Below, piece after piece: positions 20,353 through 29,881 of a stretch of DNA of 64,000 nucleotides. This stretch comes from an uncultured Mycoplasmatota bacterium (GTDB lineage: Bacteria > Bacillota_I > Bacilli_A > RF39 > UBA660), in NCBI GenBank assembly GCA_937944975.1, contig CALEBF010000014.1:82304-146303 (forward strand). Direction: 5' to 3'. Every line of letters starts with the position of its first letter. The first letter of the stretch is position 1. The position numbers were made by a program, and so were the translations under genes. Below the pieces are notes generated by a model. That model saw nothing but the letters and a program-made list of their open reading frames with translations. It was not told where the DNA came from and ran no database searches.

Positions 20353-20429
20353 AACATCCCATAGGATGTTTTTTGTATTGGATCAACTGTAAAATCATGG
20401 AATTTTACAAGCTCGGCGCATGAAATAGC

Positions 20430-20458
20430 TTGATTCTTAGTTAAAATAATGATATATT
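20430..20458 (+). promoter_or_regulatory. Sigma-A-type promoter of pilin gene 1 (TTGATT-16-TATATT)
   Basis: Conserved with the promoters upstream of pilin 2 and pilin 3. Confidence 0.5.
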
Positions 20459-20485
20459 ATTATCGTATAATAGGAGGAGGAAAAT

Positions 20486-20938
20486 ATGAAGTCAAATTCA
20501 AAAGGATTTACGTTGATTGAATTGTTAGCAGTTATCGTAATCTTAGCAGTAATCGCATTGATTGCAACACCTTTAATCATGGGAGTAATCGACGATGCTA
20601 GAAAGGGATCAGCTAAGAATGGTGCTTATGGTTATGTAAAAGCAATGGAAAATACAATTGCTACTGAAATGATCAAAGATACGACAATTTCACCATCTAC
20701 AAAACAAACAAACGTAGGTAATGTTGTGTTTGATAGCCGTGGAAATAATGGTCAAATTACTACAGGATCTGCAACGAAACCAATTAACTTCAAAGGAACA
20801 CAACCAGATCGTCATAACATAACGATTACAAACGGAACTGTTGGAAATGGTTCATGTATTACAATTTCAGGATACTCATTCTCTATGACAAATGGTGAAT
20901 GGCAAGATGCTGCAAATTGTACAGTATCAGGATCTTAA
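20486..20938 (+). CDS. Type IV pilin (prepilin with class III signal peptide), paralog 1
   Basis: 'MKSNSKG|FTLIELLAVIVILAVIALIATP' is the canonical prepilin peptidase site G/F, with Glu at +5. The C-terminal disulfide pair is in 'GSCITISGY...ANC'. Has its own RBS AGGAGGAGG and a terminator. Confidence 0.8.
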   Translation: MKSNSKGFTLIELLAVIVILAVIALIATPLIMGVIDDARKGSAKNGAYGYVKAMENTIATEMIKDTTISPSTKQTNVGNVVFDSRGNNGQITTGSATKPINFKGTQPDRHNITITNGTVGNGSCITISGYSFSMTNGEWQDAANCTVSGS

Positions 20939-21029
20939 TCATTAGAACTGATAAAAGAGGGGGAGGCTCCTCTTTTTTATTATCTAAAAGAAAAATAACA
21001 TAGTTTACAATAGAATGGTGTTAAGAATC

Positions 21030-21058
21030 TTGATTCCGGGATGAAATGATGATATACT
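21030..21058 (+). promoter_or_regulatory. Promoter of pilin gene 2 (TTGATT-17-TATACT)
   Basis: Read directly. It sits in the conserved 60-nt upstream block 'aagaatcttgattccgggatgaaatgatgatatactattattgtaataatagaaggaggag'. Confidence 0.5.
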
Positions 21059-21086
21059 ATTATTGTAATAATAGAAGGAGGAGAAC

Positions 21087-21566
21087 ATGAAGTCAAATTC
21101 AAAAGGGTTTACGTTGATTGAATTATTAGCAGTTATCGTAATTTTAGCAGTAATCGCATTGATTGCAACACCTTTAATCATGGGAGTAATCGACGATGCT
21201 AGAAAAGGATCAGCTAAGAATGGTGCTTATGGTTATGTAAAAGCATTAGAAAATACGGTTGCTACTGAAATGATCAAAGATACGACAATTTCACCAGCTA
21301 CAACACAAACAACAGTTGGAAAAGTCGTATTTGATACACGTAATAATGATGGGACTACTACTCCAGGTACAGCTGGTAATGGAAAAACAATCAACTATAA
21401 AGGAACTTCACCAGACCGTCATAGTTTGAAAATCGTAAATGGTACTGTTGGAGACGATTCATGTATCGTTGTTTCAGGATATGGATTCAAAATGAGTTCT
21501 GGAGAATGGCAAGATGCTACAGATGAAGAATTAAACGATTTAGGATGTACAAAAGCTGGTGCATAA
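21087..21566 (+). CDS. Type IV pilin, paralog 2
   Basis: The N-terminal roughly 53 aa are identical to paralog 1. The C-terminus diverges, with cysteines in 'DSCIVVSGY...LGCTKAGA'. Followed by the terminator GGAGA-att-TCTCC-TTTTTT. Confidence 0.8.
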   Translation: MKSNSKGFTLIELLAVIVILAVIALIATPLIMGVIDDARKGSAKNGAYGYVKALENTVATEMIKDTTISPATTQTTVGKVVFDTRNNDGTTTPGTAGNGKTINYKGTSPDRHSLKIVNGTVGDDSCIVVSGYGFKMSSGEWQDATDEELNDLGCTKAGA

Positions 21567-21652
21567 TTTGATGAAAGCAAAGGAAGGAGAATTTCTCCTT
21601 TTTTGTTGTTTACAAAAGTAACGCAGTTTACATAAGAGTTGTGTCAAGAATC

Positions 21653-21681
21653 TTGATTCTGGGATGAAATGATGATATATT
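21653..21681 (+). promoter_or_regulatory. Promoter of pilin gene 3 (TTGATT-17-TATATT)
   Basis: Same conserved upstream block as pilin 2. Confidence 0.5.
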
Positions 21682-21709
21682 AGTATTGTAATAATAGAAG
21701 GAGGAGAAT

Positions 21710-22177
21710 ATGAAGTCAAATTCAAAAGGGTTTACGTTGATTGAATTGTTAGCAGTTATCGTAATCTTAGCAGTAATCGCATTGATTGCAACACCTTTAA
21801 TCATGGGAGTAATCGACGATGCTAGAAAAGGATCAGCTAAGAATGGTGCTTATGGTTATATCAAAGCATTAGAAAATACAATCGCTACTGAAATGATCAA
21901 AGATACGACAATTTCACCAGACTCACCACAAACAGAAGTTGGTAAAGTGACATTCACGCCATTAATGAATAGTGGAGCAGCTGGAACTAAAAAGACAGCA
22001 AATATCAATTATAAAGGAACAAAACCAGATCGTCACAATTTAGTAATTACAAATGGAACTGTTGGAAGTGGTTCATGTATTACAATTTCAGGATATTCAT
22101 TCTCTATGAATGCTCAAGGTGAGTGGGCAGATGCAGACAATTGCACAGTGCCACCAGCTGGGGATAGTGGAGAATAA
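21710..22177 (+). CDS. Type IV pilin, paralog 3
   Basis: N-terminus identical to paralogs 1 and 2. Variable C-terminus with 'GSCITISGYSFSM...DNCTV'. Followed by the terminator GGAGG-gaat-CCTCC-TTTTTTT. Confidence 0.8.
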   Translation: MKSNSKGFTLIELLAVIVILAVIALIATPLIMGVIDDARKGSAKNGAYGYIKALENTIATEMIKDTTISPDSPQTEVGKVTFTPLMNSGAAGTKKTANINYKGTKPDRHNLVITNGTVGSGSCITISGYSFSMNAQGEWADADNCTVPPAGDSGE

Positions 22178-22298
22178 TTTATCGAATTAAAAGGAGGGAA
22201 TCCTCCTTTTTTTCTTTGCATTAAAGTTTTGTGAAAAATAAGTAGATCTCGTTTTATTCTTCTATAAAGCATGGTATAATAATAAAACGGAGGTTGTT

Positions 22299-23213
22299 AT
22301 GAAGGAATTAATCATAGGGTCACACGTTTCTTTTCAGAAAAATACACAACTTGTGGGAAGTGTAAAAGAAGCGGTTAGTTATAGAGCGAATACATTTATG
22401 TTTTATACGGGAGCTCCGCAAAATACAGCGCGCTATCCGATCGATGATAGATTGACACAAGAGGGATATCAATTGATGGAAGAAAATGGGATTGATCCAG
22501 TAGATGTCGTTGTACACGCGCCATACATTATCAATTTGGCAAACACGGCCAAGCCGGATAATCATAGGTTTGCAATTCACTTTCTAAGGGAAGAAATGGA
22601 TCGTTGTGCGAAATTAGGAATGACACGTCTCGTTTTACATCCTGGAAGTCATGTGTCACAGACGAGAGAAGAAGGCATTCAAAATATTATCGACGGATTA
22701 AACCAGGTATTGACGACGGAAGAATCGACATATATTTGTCTGGAGACGATGGCGGGAAAAGGAACAGAGATAGGAAATTTGGATGAGCTCAAGAAAATTA
22801 TAGAAGGTGTAGATCATTCTGAATACTTGAAAGTATGCATTGATACTTGTCATTTGAACGATGCCGGATACGATATGACGAAGTTTGATGATTTTTTAAG
22901 TGAATTTGACGAAAAAATTGGCATCGATCGTATCGGATGTGTTCATGTGAACGATAGTAAAAATGTTTGTGGAGCGCATAAAGATCGTCATGAGAATATT
23001 GGTCTTGGTACGCTTGGTTTTGATACGTTATATAAAATTGTGACACATCCAACATTAAAAGATGTTCCTAAAATATTAGAAACACCTTACGTGACGAAAG
23101 AAGATAACGCCAAAGAGAAAGTATATCCGCCATATCGATTTGAAATAGATATGTTTCGAAATGGTAAGTATGATACAGAGTTATTAGAACATATTAGAAA
23201 TTTTTATAAGTAA
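22299..23213 (+). CDS. nfo: Endonuclease IV (AP endonuclease family 2)
   Basis: 'HAPYIINLAN', 'LVLHPGSH', 'CLETMAGKGTE' and 'CIDTCHLNDAGYD' are hallmark Nfo metal-binding blocks. Confidence 0.85.
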   Translation: MKELIIGSHVSFQKNTQLVGSVKEAVSYRANTFMFYTGAPQNTARYPIDDRLTQEGYQLMEENGIDPVDVVVHAPYIINLANTAKPDNHRFAIHFLREEMDRCAKLGMTRLVLHPGSHVSQTREEGIQNIIDGLNQVLTTEESTYICLETMAGKGTEIGNLDELKKIIEGVDHSEYLKVCIDTCHLNDAGYDMTKFDDFLSEFDEKIGIDRIGCVHVNDSKNVCGAHKDRHENIGLGTLGFDTLYKIVTHPTLKDVPKILETPYVTKEDNAKEKVYPPYRFEIDMFRNGKYDTELLEHIRNFYK

Positions 23214-23467
23214 GATTGATATTTTTCTTTAAAGTACTGATATAATTCAATCATTTTCTGATAAGTCTCGGGTCTAACTTCAGATTTTACAGCTTGAAAT
23301 AGAGTTGTTGGATCTCCGTATAAGACGGTTTCCCAATTTTGTTTGACATGATGGTAAAATAATTTTACTTCGTTTTCCGATAGTTTAATTCCTTGGGACA
23401 TCGCAAAGTTTATAATATCTTTTTCAGTTATGTTTTGAATGTACTTTCGAATGAAAAAATGATACAT
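23204..23467 (-). CDS. Hypothetical small protein
   Basis: 87 aa ORF on the minus strand, divergent from sod. No confident homology. Confidence 0.35.
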   Translation of the reverse strand: MYHFFIRKYIQNITEKDIINFAMSQGIKLSENEVKLFYHHVKQNWETVLYGDPTTLFQAVKSEVRPETYQKMIELYQYFKEKYQSYL

Positions 23468-23549
23468 GATCTCACCTCTATTTATTATATGTGAGAGCTT
23501 GTAATAATGAACGAAGAATAGGAGTACACTATAGATAAGGAGTGATAAG

Positions 23550-24167
23550 ATGTATCAATTGATGAAATTGCCATATAGTTATGATGCGTTTGAACCGTTA
23601 CTTAGTTATCAGACAATTTATTTACATCATGATAAATTGTATACGAGTTACTTAGAACGTCTAAACAAATTATTAAAAGAATTAAATTATGATTATCGCT
23701 ATTCTATGGTGGAACTATTGGACCATTTGGATATTTTTCCCGTAGATCAAAGAGATCAAGTTTTGTTTTTACTAGGCGGGGTATTGAATCACGAACTATA
23801 TTTTACATCTATGAGTCCCGAGAAAAATGTAGAACCAATGGGAGAGTTAAGAAAGCAGATTGAAAAACAATATGGGTCATGGGATGCTTTCCAAATTGAA
23901 GTGATGCGTAAAGCCAATTTGATGGTTGGAAGTGGCTATACATTTATCGTTGTGGATAAAAATCACGGAATTGAAGTGATCAATCTAAGCAATCAAGAGA
24001 CTCCATATAGTTATGGCATGATACCGATTGCTGCGATTGATTTATGGGAACATAGTTATTATTTAGACGATTATCATAAACGCAATCAATATATTTCAGA
24101 CTTTTTTTCTATCATTGACTTCAAAGAGATAGGAAAACGTTATGAGAAGACGATCAAAGAGAATTAA
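23550..24167 (+). CDS. sodA: Superoxide dismutase, Fe/Mn family
   Basis: 'LPYSYDAFEPLLS', 'LHHDK', 'GGVLNHELYF' and 'DLWEHSYY' match the SOD metal-ligand blocks (H, H, D, H). Confidence 0.7.
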   Translation: MYQLMKLPYSYDAFEPLLSYQTIYLHHDKLYTSYLERLNKLLKELNYDYRYSMVELLDHLDIFPVDQRDQVLFLLGGVLNHELYFTSMSPEKNVEPMGELRKQIEKQYGSWDAFQIEVMRKANLMVGSGYTFIVVDKNHGIEVINLSNQETPYSYGMIPIAAIDLWEHSYYLDDYHKRNQYISDFFSIIDFKEIGKRYEKTIKEN

Positions 24168-26238
24168 TACACATCAAAATATACGTTATAGTTATTACAA
24201 CAAATATAAAGATATGAAAGAAGTCATAGAAAAAAGATACAATATATTGATGATTTTGATTATCGTAATTATCATGATAATGATTGCAAATTTATTTTAT
24301 GTTCAAATTATTCAAAATGAATATTATATCAATCAAGTAGAGAAATTGACAGAGAATACAGTAGAAGGAAGTAGCGCACCACGTGGTAGGATTTACGATC
24401 GCAATCATCGTTTGATTGTCGATAATATACCTGTCAAGGTGATTTATTATAAAAAGCCGAATGGGATTACGACAGAACAAGAGCTGGCATTGGCAATGAA
24501 AGTGGCAGAGTATATCAGCGTAGATTATACAAAGCTGACAGATAAGCAATTACGCAATTATTGGGTATTAAAAAATCCAAAGAAAGCAGATGCCAAAATC
24601 ACAAAGAAAGAAAGACAAAAGGTAAAAGAGAGAAAACTAACTTCTAAGGATATCGAAAACTACAAGCTAGAGAGAGTAACGGAAGAAGAACTTGCTCAGT
24701 TTACTGATATCGATCGCGAGGCCGCATATATTTATGCGCTGATGAATACAGGGTATTCTTATGCGGAAAAAGTGATTAAAAAAGAAGGAATTACGGATGA
24801 AGAATATGCTAAGATTAGCGAAAATGTAGCTAATTTAAATGGAATCAATACGCGTTTGGACTGGGAGAGAAGTTATCCTTATGGAGAGGTGTTTAGAACA
24901 ATACTGGGAAGTGTTTCGACGAGTGAGAGTGGAATTCCATACGAACTTAAGAACTACTATTTATCGAAAGGATATAGTTTAAATGATCGTGTTGGAACGA
25001 GTTATTTAGAATATCAATATGAAGATGTTTTAAAAGGAGAAAAAAACGTATACGAGATTACCAATTCGGGGGAATATAAGTTATTAAAAGAAGGAACGAG
25101 AGGGAATGATATCGTTCTTACGATCGATATTGAATTGCAAAAAGAAGTGGAACGTATTTTAACCGAAGAGGTATTGAAGGCAAAGACTGAGCCAAATACA
25201 AAATATTACGATCGTTCTTTTGTCGTAATTCAGAATCCAAAGACCGGAGAAATTCTCGCGATGGCTGGAAAACAAGTGAAACAAGAAGCGGATGGGAGCT
25301 ACAAAGTATATGATTATACACCAGGGATTACAACTTCGCCGGTTGTTGTAGGTTCTGTCGTGAAGGGTGCATCTCACATTGTTGGATATAATACAGGAGC
25401 GCTCAAAATAGGGGAAAAACGATATGATACTTGTATTAAGATTGCGGCAACTCCGATTAAATGTTCTTGGAAGTATTTAGGAAATTTGAACGATATTACA
25501 GCATTGAAATATTCTTCTAACACATATCAATTTAACACGGCGATCAAAGTGGGAAAGGGAAATTACGTATACGATAAACCACTATCGATAGATAAGACAG
25601 CATTTGATATTTATCGCAATACCTTTGCCCAATTTGGTCTTGGTGTAAAAACTGGAATCGACTTACCTGTAGAAAGTTTAGGATATAAGGGTAAGAGTGA
25701 AGTAACTGGACATTTGCTAGATTTTTCTATTGGACAGTATGATACATATACACCAGTGCAGTTATCACAATATATAGGAACGCTTGCAAATAACGGTACG
25801 AGAGTAAGACCTTACTTACTAAAAGAAGTTTACAAGCCAGAGAAAAGGCCACTGCAAAATTTACTCAGTCAAACTTCACCTGAGGTACTCAATAAAGTAG
25901 ATACAAAGCAAGAGTATTTAGATCGAGTGGAAGAAGGATTTAAAGAAGTTATGACGACGAATGGAACAGGTAGCGGTTTTATGAATTTAGCGTATAAGCC
26001 GGCTGGAAAAACAGGAACATCACAGAGCTTTGTCGATACAGATGGAGATGGAGTTGTCGACCTTGAGACGATTACAAATACATTTGTCGCATATGCACCT
26101 TATGATGATCCTAAAGTTACATTTACAGTCATTTCACCAGATATCTATTATCAGGGAGCACCGTCATCGTATGAGTCGACAGTCAATAAACGTATTTCAC
26201 AACAGGTGACGAATAAATATTTTGAAATGTATCCGTAA
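24142..26238 (+). CDS. Class B penicillin-binding protein (PBP2B/SpoVD-like transpeptidase)
   Basis: N-terminal TM anchor. Transpeptidase motifs SxxK ('SVVKGAS'), SxN ('YSSN') and KTG ('GKTGTS'). The start is uncertain: the ATG at 24142 overlaps sod by 26 nt, and an alternative in-frame ATG lies at 24214. Confidence 0.8.
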   Translation: MRRRSKRINTHQNIRYSYYNKYKDMKEVIEKRYNILMILIIVIIMIMIANLFYVQIIQNEYYINQVEKLTENTVEGSSAPRGRIYDRNHRLIVDNIPVKVIYYKKPNGITTEQELALAMKVAEYISVDYTKLTDKQLRNYWVLKNPKKADAKITKKERQKVKERKLTSKDIENYKLERVTEEELAQFTDIDREAAYIYALMNTGYSYAEKVIKKEGITDEEYAKISENVANLNGINTRLDWERSYPYGEVFRTILGSVSTSESGIPYELKNYYLSKGYSLNDRVGTSYLEYQYEDVLKGEKNVYEITNSGEYKLLKEGTRGNDIVLTIDIELQKEVERILTEEVLKAKTEPNTKYYDRSFVVIQNPKTGEILAMAGKQVKQEADGSYKVYDYTPGITTSPVVVGSVVKGASHIVGYNTGALKIGEKRYDTCIKIAATPIKCSWKYLGNLNDITALKYSSNTYQFNTAIKVGKGNYVYDKPLSIDKTAFDIYRNTFAQFGLGVKTGIDLPVESLGYKGKSEVTGHLLDFSIGQYDTYTPVQLSQYIGTLANNGTRVRPYLLKEVYKPEKRPLQNLLSQTSPEVLNKVDTKQEYLDRVEEGFKEVMTTNGTGSGFMNLAYKPAGKTGTSQSFVDTDGDGVVDLETITNTFVAYAPYDDPKVTFTVISPDIYYQGAPSSYESTVNKRISQQVTNKYFEMYP

Positions 26239-26354
26239 GATATTTGACAATTTTAATAATTGTGATATATTATTGATTGGAACTTTTAAAAAGTCTTTGA
26301 AAATAACAAATTATTTGTTATAATGTTATTACGCGTGCAAAGGAGGTAACACAC

Positions 26355-26522
26355 ATGGCAAAAAAAGGAGAAAATAGAGAACGCATTACATTACAATGTA
26401 CAGAGTGTAAAAGAGAAAACTATCGTACTGAAAAAAATAAAAAAAATACAACAGAACGTTTAGAATTAAAAAAATACTGTGCAAACTGTAAAACGACGAC
26501 AGTACATAAAGAGAAAAAATAA
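26355..26522 (+). CDS. rpmG: 50S ribosomal protein L33
   Basis: 55-aa ORF '[55 protein letters not shown]' with a Cys4 zinc ribbon. RBS AGGAGGTAA. Absent from the ORF track because it is under 60 aa. Confidence 0.8.
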   Translation: MAKKGENRERITLQCTECKRENYRTEKNKKNTTERLELKKYCANCKTTTVHKEKK

Positions 26523-26566
26523 AATAAGGGTAGAAACCTTATTTTTTGGGTAAAGGAGAAAAAAGT

Positions 26567-27124
26567 ATGATTAATATTAACGATATTAAAAACGGAATGA
26601 CAATTGGATACGATGGATGCATCTATCAAATTATTGAATTTTTACATGTAAAGCCTGGAAAGGGGCCAGCTTTCGTTCGTACAAAATTAAAGAACTTGAG
26701 AACAGGGGCAACGATTGAGAAAACATTTAACTCTAATATCAAAGTAGAAAAGATTCATATTGATAAGCAAGAAATGCAATTCTTATATTCATCTGGAGAC
26801 ACTTATACATTCATGAATATGGAGACATATGAACAAGTAGAACTTTCAAAAGATCAACTTGGAGACGATGTAAATTATTTAAAAGATGGTCTCGATGTTA
26901 CAGTTATTTTCTACCAAGGAGAAATGTTAGGATTAATGCTTCCTGATAAAATTGAAGTAGAAGTAACAGAAACGACGAGTGCTGTAAAAGGAAATACGAC
27001 AAATAACGCACAGAAAGATGCTACAATTGAAACAGGATTACTCGTAAAAGTACCATTATTTATCGAACAAGGTGAAAAGATTTTAGTTTCTACAAAAGAC
27101 GGAAAATACGTATCACGTGCATAA
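26567..27124 (+). CDS. efp: Elongation factor P
   Basis: 'MININDIKNGMTIGYDGCIYQIIEFLHVKPGKGPAFVRTKLKNLRTG', with the conserved KPGKG loop. ATG 26567 after AAAGGAGAAAAAAGT. Confidence 0.9.
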   Translation: MININDIKNGMTIGYDGCIYQIIEFLHVKPGKGPAFVRTKLKNLRTGATIEKTFNSNIKVEKIHIDKQEMQFLYSSGDTYTFMNMETYEQVELSKDQLGDDVNYLKDGLDVTVIFYQGEMLGLMLPDKIEVEVTETTSAVKGNTTNNAQKDATIETGLLVKVPLFIEQGEKILVSTKDGKYVSRA

Positions 27125-27194
27125 AGAGCAATGAGATTCATTGTTCTTTTATTTTTGATTGTAGTATAATACTGGTATGCTGTAGGTGATTGAT

Positions 27195-27752
27195 ATGAAA
27201 AAAATAACTTATATTACGGGAAATGAATATAAAGTAGTTGGAGCAAAAGGATTTTTAGAACCGCTTGGGTTTGAAGTTGAGGCAAAAAATATTGATTGTC
27301 CTGAAATTCAGGCAGATACGATGGAGGAGGTTGCAAAATTTTCGTCTAAGTATGCTAGTGATATATTAAAGAAAAATACGTTGAAAAATGATTCTGGTTT
27401 GGTGATCCCAGCTTTGAAAGGCTTCCCAGGTGTATATACGAAATATGTGGAAACAACACTTGGAGTAGATGGAATTTTAAAGTTGTTGGATGGGATAGAA
27501 GATAGAAGAGCATATTTTATAGAAGTGCTTGCTTATACTGAATATGGGAAAAATCCTGTCACATTTATTTCTAAGACGGAAGGAACGATTGCAAAAGTAC
27601 CAAGCGGGGAAAATGGATGGAGTTGGGATTTCATATTTATACCGAAGGGAGAAAATAAAACGTTAGCTCATTATCCAGATGATGAGAGATGGAGATTTTG
27701 GGATAGTACGGCGTATTCTCAATTGGCTTGTCATTTAAAAGAAAAGGAGTAA
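27195..27752 (+). CDS. Ham1/RdgB-family non-canonical purine NTP pyrophosphatase-like protein
   Basis: 'ITYITGNEYKV' and 'DSGLVIPALKGFPGVYTKYV' match the ITPase/Ham1 motifs. ATG 27195 after AGGTGA. Confidence 0.55.
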   Translation: MKKITYITGNEYKVVGAKGFLEPLGFEVEAKNIDCPEIQADTMEEVAKFSSKYASDILKKNTLKNDSGLVIPALKGFPGVYTKYVETTLGVDGILKLLDGIEDRRAYFIEVLAYTEYGKNPVTFISKTEGTIAKVPSGENGWSWDFIFIPKGENKTLAHYPDDERWRFWDSTAYSQLACHLKEKE

Positions 27753-27758
27753 TAGCGC

Positions 27759-28271
27759 ATGGATGTTATTATAAAAAAATTGTCAGTAAGTGAAATAGAT
27801 AAAAATGTCATAGAAGAAATTATGAGATTGGAAGAAACTTGCGGGGAAAATGCATATTCTAAAGAAATGCTAGAAAAAATATTAGAAAATACAAAGATGG
27901 TCACTTTTGTAGCTTCCTGTCAGGAAAAAATAATAGGAATGATTATGTTAAATCCGTATACTAAAAAATTTCCTAATAGCACTTATATTATAAATTTAAT
28001 TGTTTTACCAAGTTATCAAGGACTAGGAATTGCAAAAAGGCTCATTTATAGAGCATGCTGCGAAGTGTCGACAAACAGCTATTTTTCGTTAGAAGTAGAT
28101 AAAGAAAATCCTGCTCAAAAACTATATGAAGCGATTGGATTTTATGTGATAGATTCTGCTATAACATCCTCGAATGAGGAGTTTATGGTGGCCGAATACA
28201 AGTTGCTTAGAGAAACATTAAGTCGCTTGATTCAATCGGAGAGAAATAGTATAATACAAATAACTAAGTAG
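27759..28271 (+). CDS. GNAT family N-acetyltransferase
   Basis: 'LPSYQGLGIAKRLIYRA' is the acetyl-CoA-binding motif A (Q/RxxGxG/A). Confidence 0.6.
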   Translation: MDVIIKKLSVSEIDKNVIEEIMRLEETCGENAYSKEMLEKILENTKMVTFVASCQEKIIGMIMLNPYTKKFPNSTYIINLIVLPSYQGLGIAKRLIYRACCEVSTNSYFSLEVDKENPAQKLYEAIGFYVIDSAITSSNEEFMVAEYKLLRETLSRLIQSERNSIIQITK

Positions 28272-28281
28272 GAGGTTGTGT

Positions 28282-28956
28282 ATGTTAAGAACAAAGAAAC
28301 AAGGATTATTGATTGTAATTTCAGGACCGAGTGGTGCTGGAAAAGGAACTATTTGTGCTGAATTGTTGAAAAGAAATAATAATTTATGGAAATCTGTATC
28401 GATGACAACGCGAAAGCCTAGAGTAGGTGAAAAAGAAGGAACTGATTACTTTTTTGTATCTAAAGAAGAATTTACAAAGAGTATAAAAGAAAATGGATTT
28501 TTAGAGCATGCAACTTATGCAGATGAATTTTATGGAACACCTCGAAAATATGTGTTAGAACACTTGAATCGTGGAGAAGATGTTATTCTAGAAATTGAAA
28601 TTCAAGGGGCTCTACAAATCAAAGATGTATATTCACAAGGATTATTTATTTTTATTTTGCCACCAAGCATGAAAACTTTAAAACGACGTTTAGAAAATAG
28701 AGGAACTGAAACAAAAGAAAAAGTGCTAAAAAGATTTAAACGTGCTTATCAAGAAATTAATGAGGTGACAAAATATAATTATGTAGTTATAAATGATGAG
28801 GTGGAGATGGCAACAAATAAAGTAGAAGCAATCTTAATGGCTGAAAAATGTCGAGTAGATCGTATTGAAGAAGTTTTTTTAGATACAGTCGAAGAAGAGT
28901 TACACGAATCTTTGGTGGATAATAAAGAATTGAGTAATGAGGTGAAAGACTTCTAA
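28282..28956 (+). CDS. gmk: Guanylate kinase
   Basis: P-loop 'ISGPSGAGKGT'. 'SMTTRKPRVGEKEGTDYFF' is the GMP-binding block. AGGAGG 8 nt upstream of ATG 28282. Confidence 0.85.
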   Translation: MLRTKKQGLLIVISGPSGAGKGTICAELLKRNNNLWKSVSMTTRKPRVGEKEGTDYFFVSKEEFTKSIKENGFLEHATYADEFYGTPRKYVLEHLNRGEDVILEIEIQGALQIKDVYSQGLFIFILPPSMKTLKRRLENRGTETKEKVLKRFKRAYQEINEVTKYNYVVINDEVEMATNKVEAILMAEKCRVDRIEEVFLDTVEEELHESLVDNKELSNEVKDF

Positions 28957-29831
28957 TGGATATCAAAAAATACATAGAAAAAGCTCAATCAATGGAGATA
29001 TCTGCAGCTGGAGAAAATAGTAAGTGTTATTTGTTTTCAGATAATGCACTTTTACATGGCTCATATGCTGCGGAACATTTAAATACTTTAAAAGTGGAAA
29101 GTGAAAAGTTATGGGATAAAGGAATGAATGTTCCCAAAGTAATTGATTATCAATTTGTGGATCAAGATATGAACAAAAAATATCGTGAATGCTGGCTATT
29201 GGAAACTAGAGTTCCCGGGAAAGCACTTCATGAATTAAATCCATATCCTTTAATTTTTCGACCAACCACGAAAGAAGAAGTTATCGAAAATTATCAAAGA
29301 GAAGTTTATAATACCGAGGCTTATGAACGCGAATTGGAATTATTATCACAAGTTCCGCAAGATCATTATGATAAATTTTTAGAGGATATGTTACTTGTAG
29401 CCAATCATCCTTTCCTTTGTTATGATGGAACATATGCATCAAATTTTCAATATGATCGTGAAAAAGGTTTTGGTTTTGTCGACTTAACACCACGTCATGT
29501 GATTGATTCGCCAGACTTTACCTGCCAAACTTATTTAAAAATTTTATTAGGCAAAGGGGAAATTATAAAGGAACATCAAAATCAAGTTCAATCTTGGATA
29601 GATCAAATTTTAGCTAAAGCTTATATAGCAATGAAAAATAATAAACAATTAAATGAGCTATATTCAAATCCTGATGATTTAAAAACTATTTGTTATACAA
29701 GACAATTTCGACGTTTAGGATTTTTATTAAGTTCATTACCAAATATGGAAGACTATATAGAACGAAGTCTTCGAACAATAGAAATGATGAGAGAATTGAA
29801 TTTGATTGATTCAACATCTAAAAAAATATAA
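28956..29831 (+). CDS. Hypothetical protein (weak kinase-like features)
   Basis: 291 aa, translationally coupled to gmk (ATGA overlap). Only weak APH/CotS-like segments ('LCYDGTYASNF', 'FGFVDLTP'). It sits where rpoZ usually follows gmk. Confidence 0.4.
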   Translation: MDIKKYIEKAQSMEISAAGENSKCYLFSDNALLHGSYAAEHLNTLKVESEKLWDKGMNVPKVIDYQFVDQDMNKKYRECWLLETRVPGKALHELNPYPLIFRPTTKEEVIENYQREVYNTEAYERELELLSQVPQDHYDKFLEDMLLVANHPFLCYDGTYASNFQYDREKGFGFVDLTPRHVIDSPDFTCQTYLKILLGKGEIIKEHQNQVQSWIDQILAKAYIAMKNNKQLNELYSNPDDLKTICYTRQFRRLGFLLSSLPNMEDYIERSLRTIEMMRELNLIDSTSKKI

Positions 29832-29846
29832 AATGTGTCATAATAG

Positions 29847-29875
29847 TTGACAGACAACATATATTTATGTATAAT
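29847..29875 (+). promoter_or_regulatory. Consensus sigma-A promoter of infC operon (TTGACA-17-TATAAT)
   Basis: Read directly: TTGACA at 29847-29852 and TATAAT at 29870-29875. Confidence 0.65.
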
Positions 29876-29881
29876 ATAAGC

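Noticed and set aside
20486-22177. Interpreting the three pilin-like genes as ComGC-type competence pseudopilins
   Set aside because: At about 150 aa with a C-terminal disulfide-bonded D-region they fit major type IV pilins better than the roughly 100-aa ComGC. No comGA/comGB genes are adjacent. I cannot fully exclude this.
20430-22215. Three roughly 600-bp direct repeats that might be mistaken for a CRISPR-like or IS-derived array
   Set aside because: The repeats are whole pilin genes with promoters and terminators (unit about 620 bp). There are no short spacers, cas genes or transposase.
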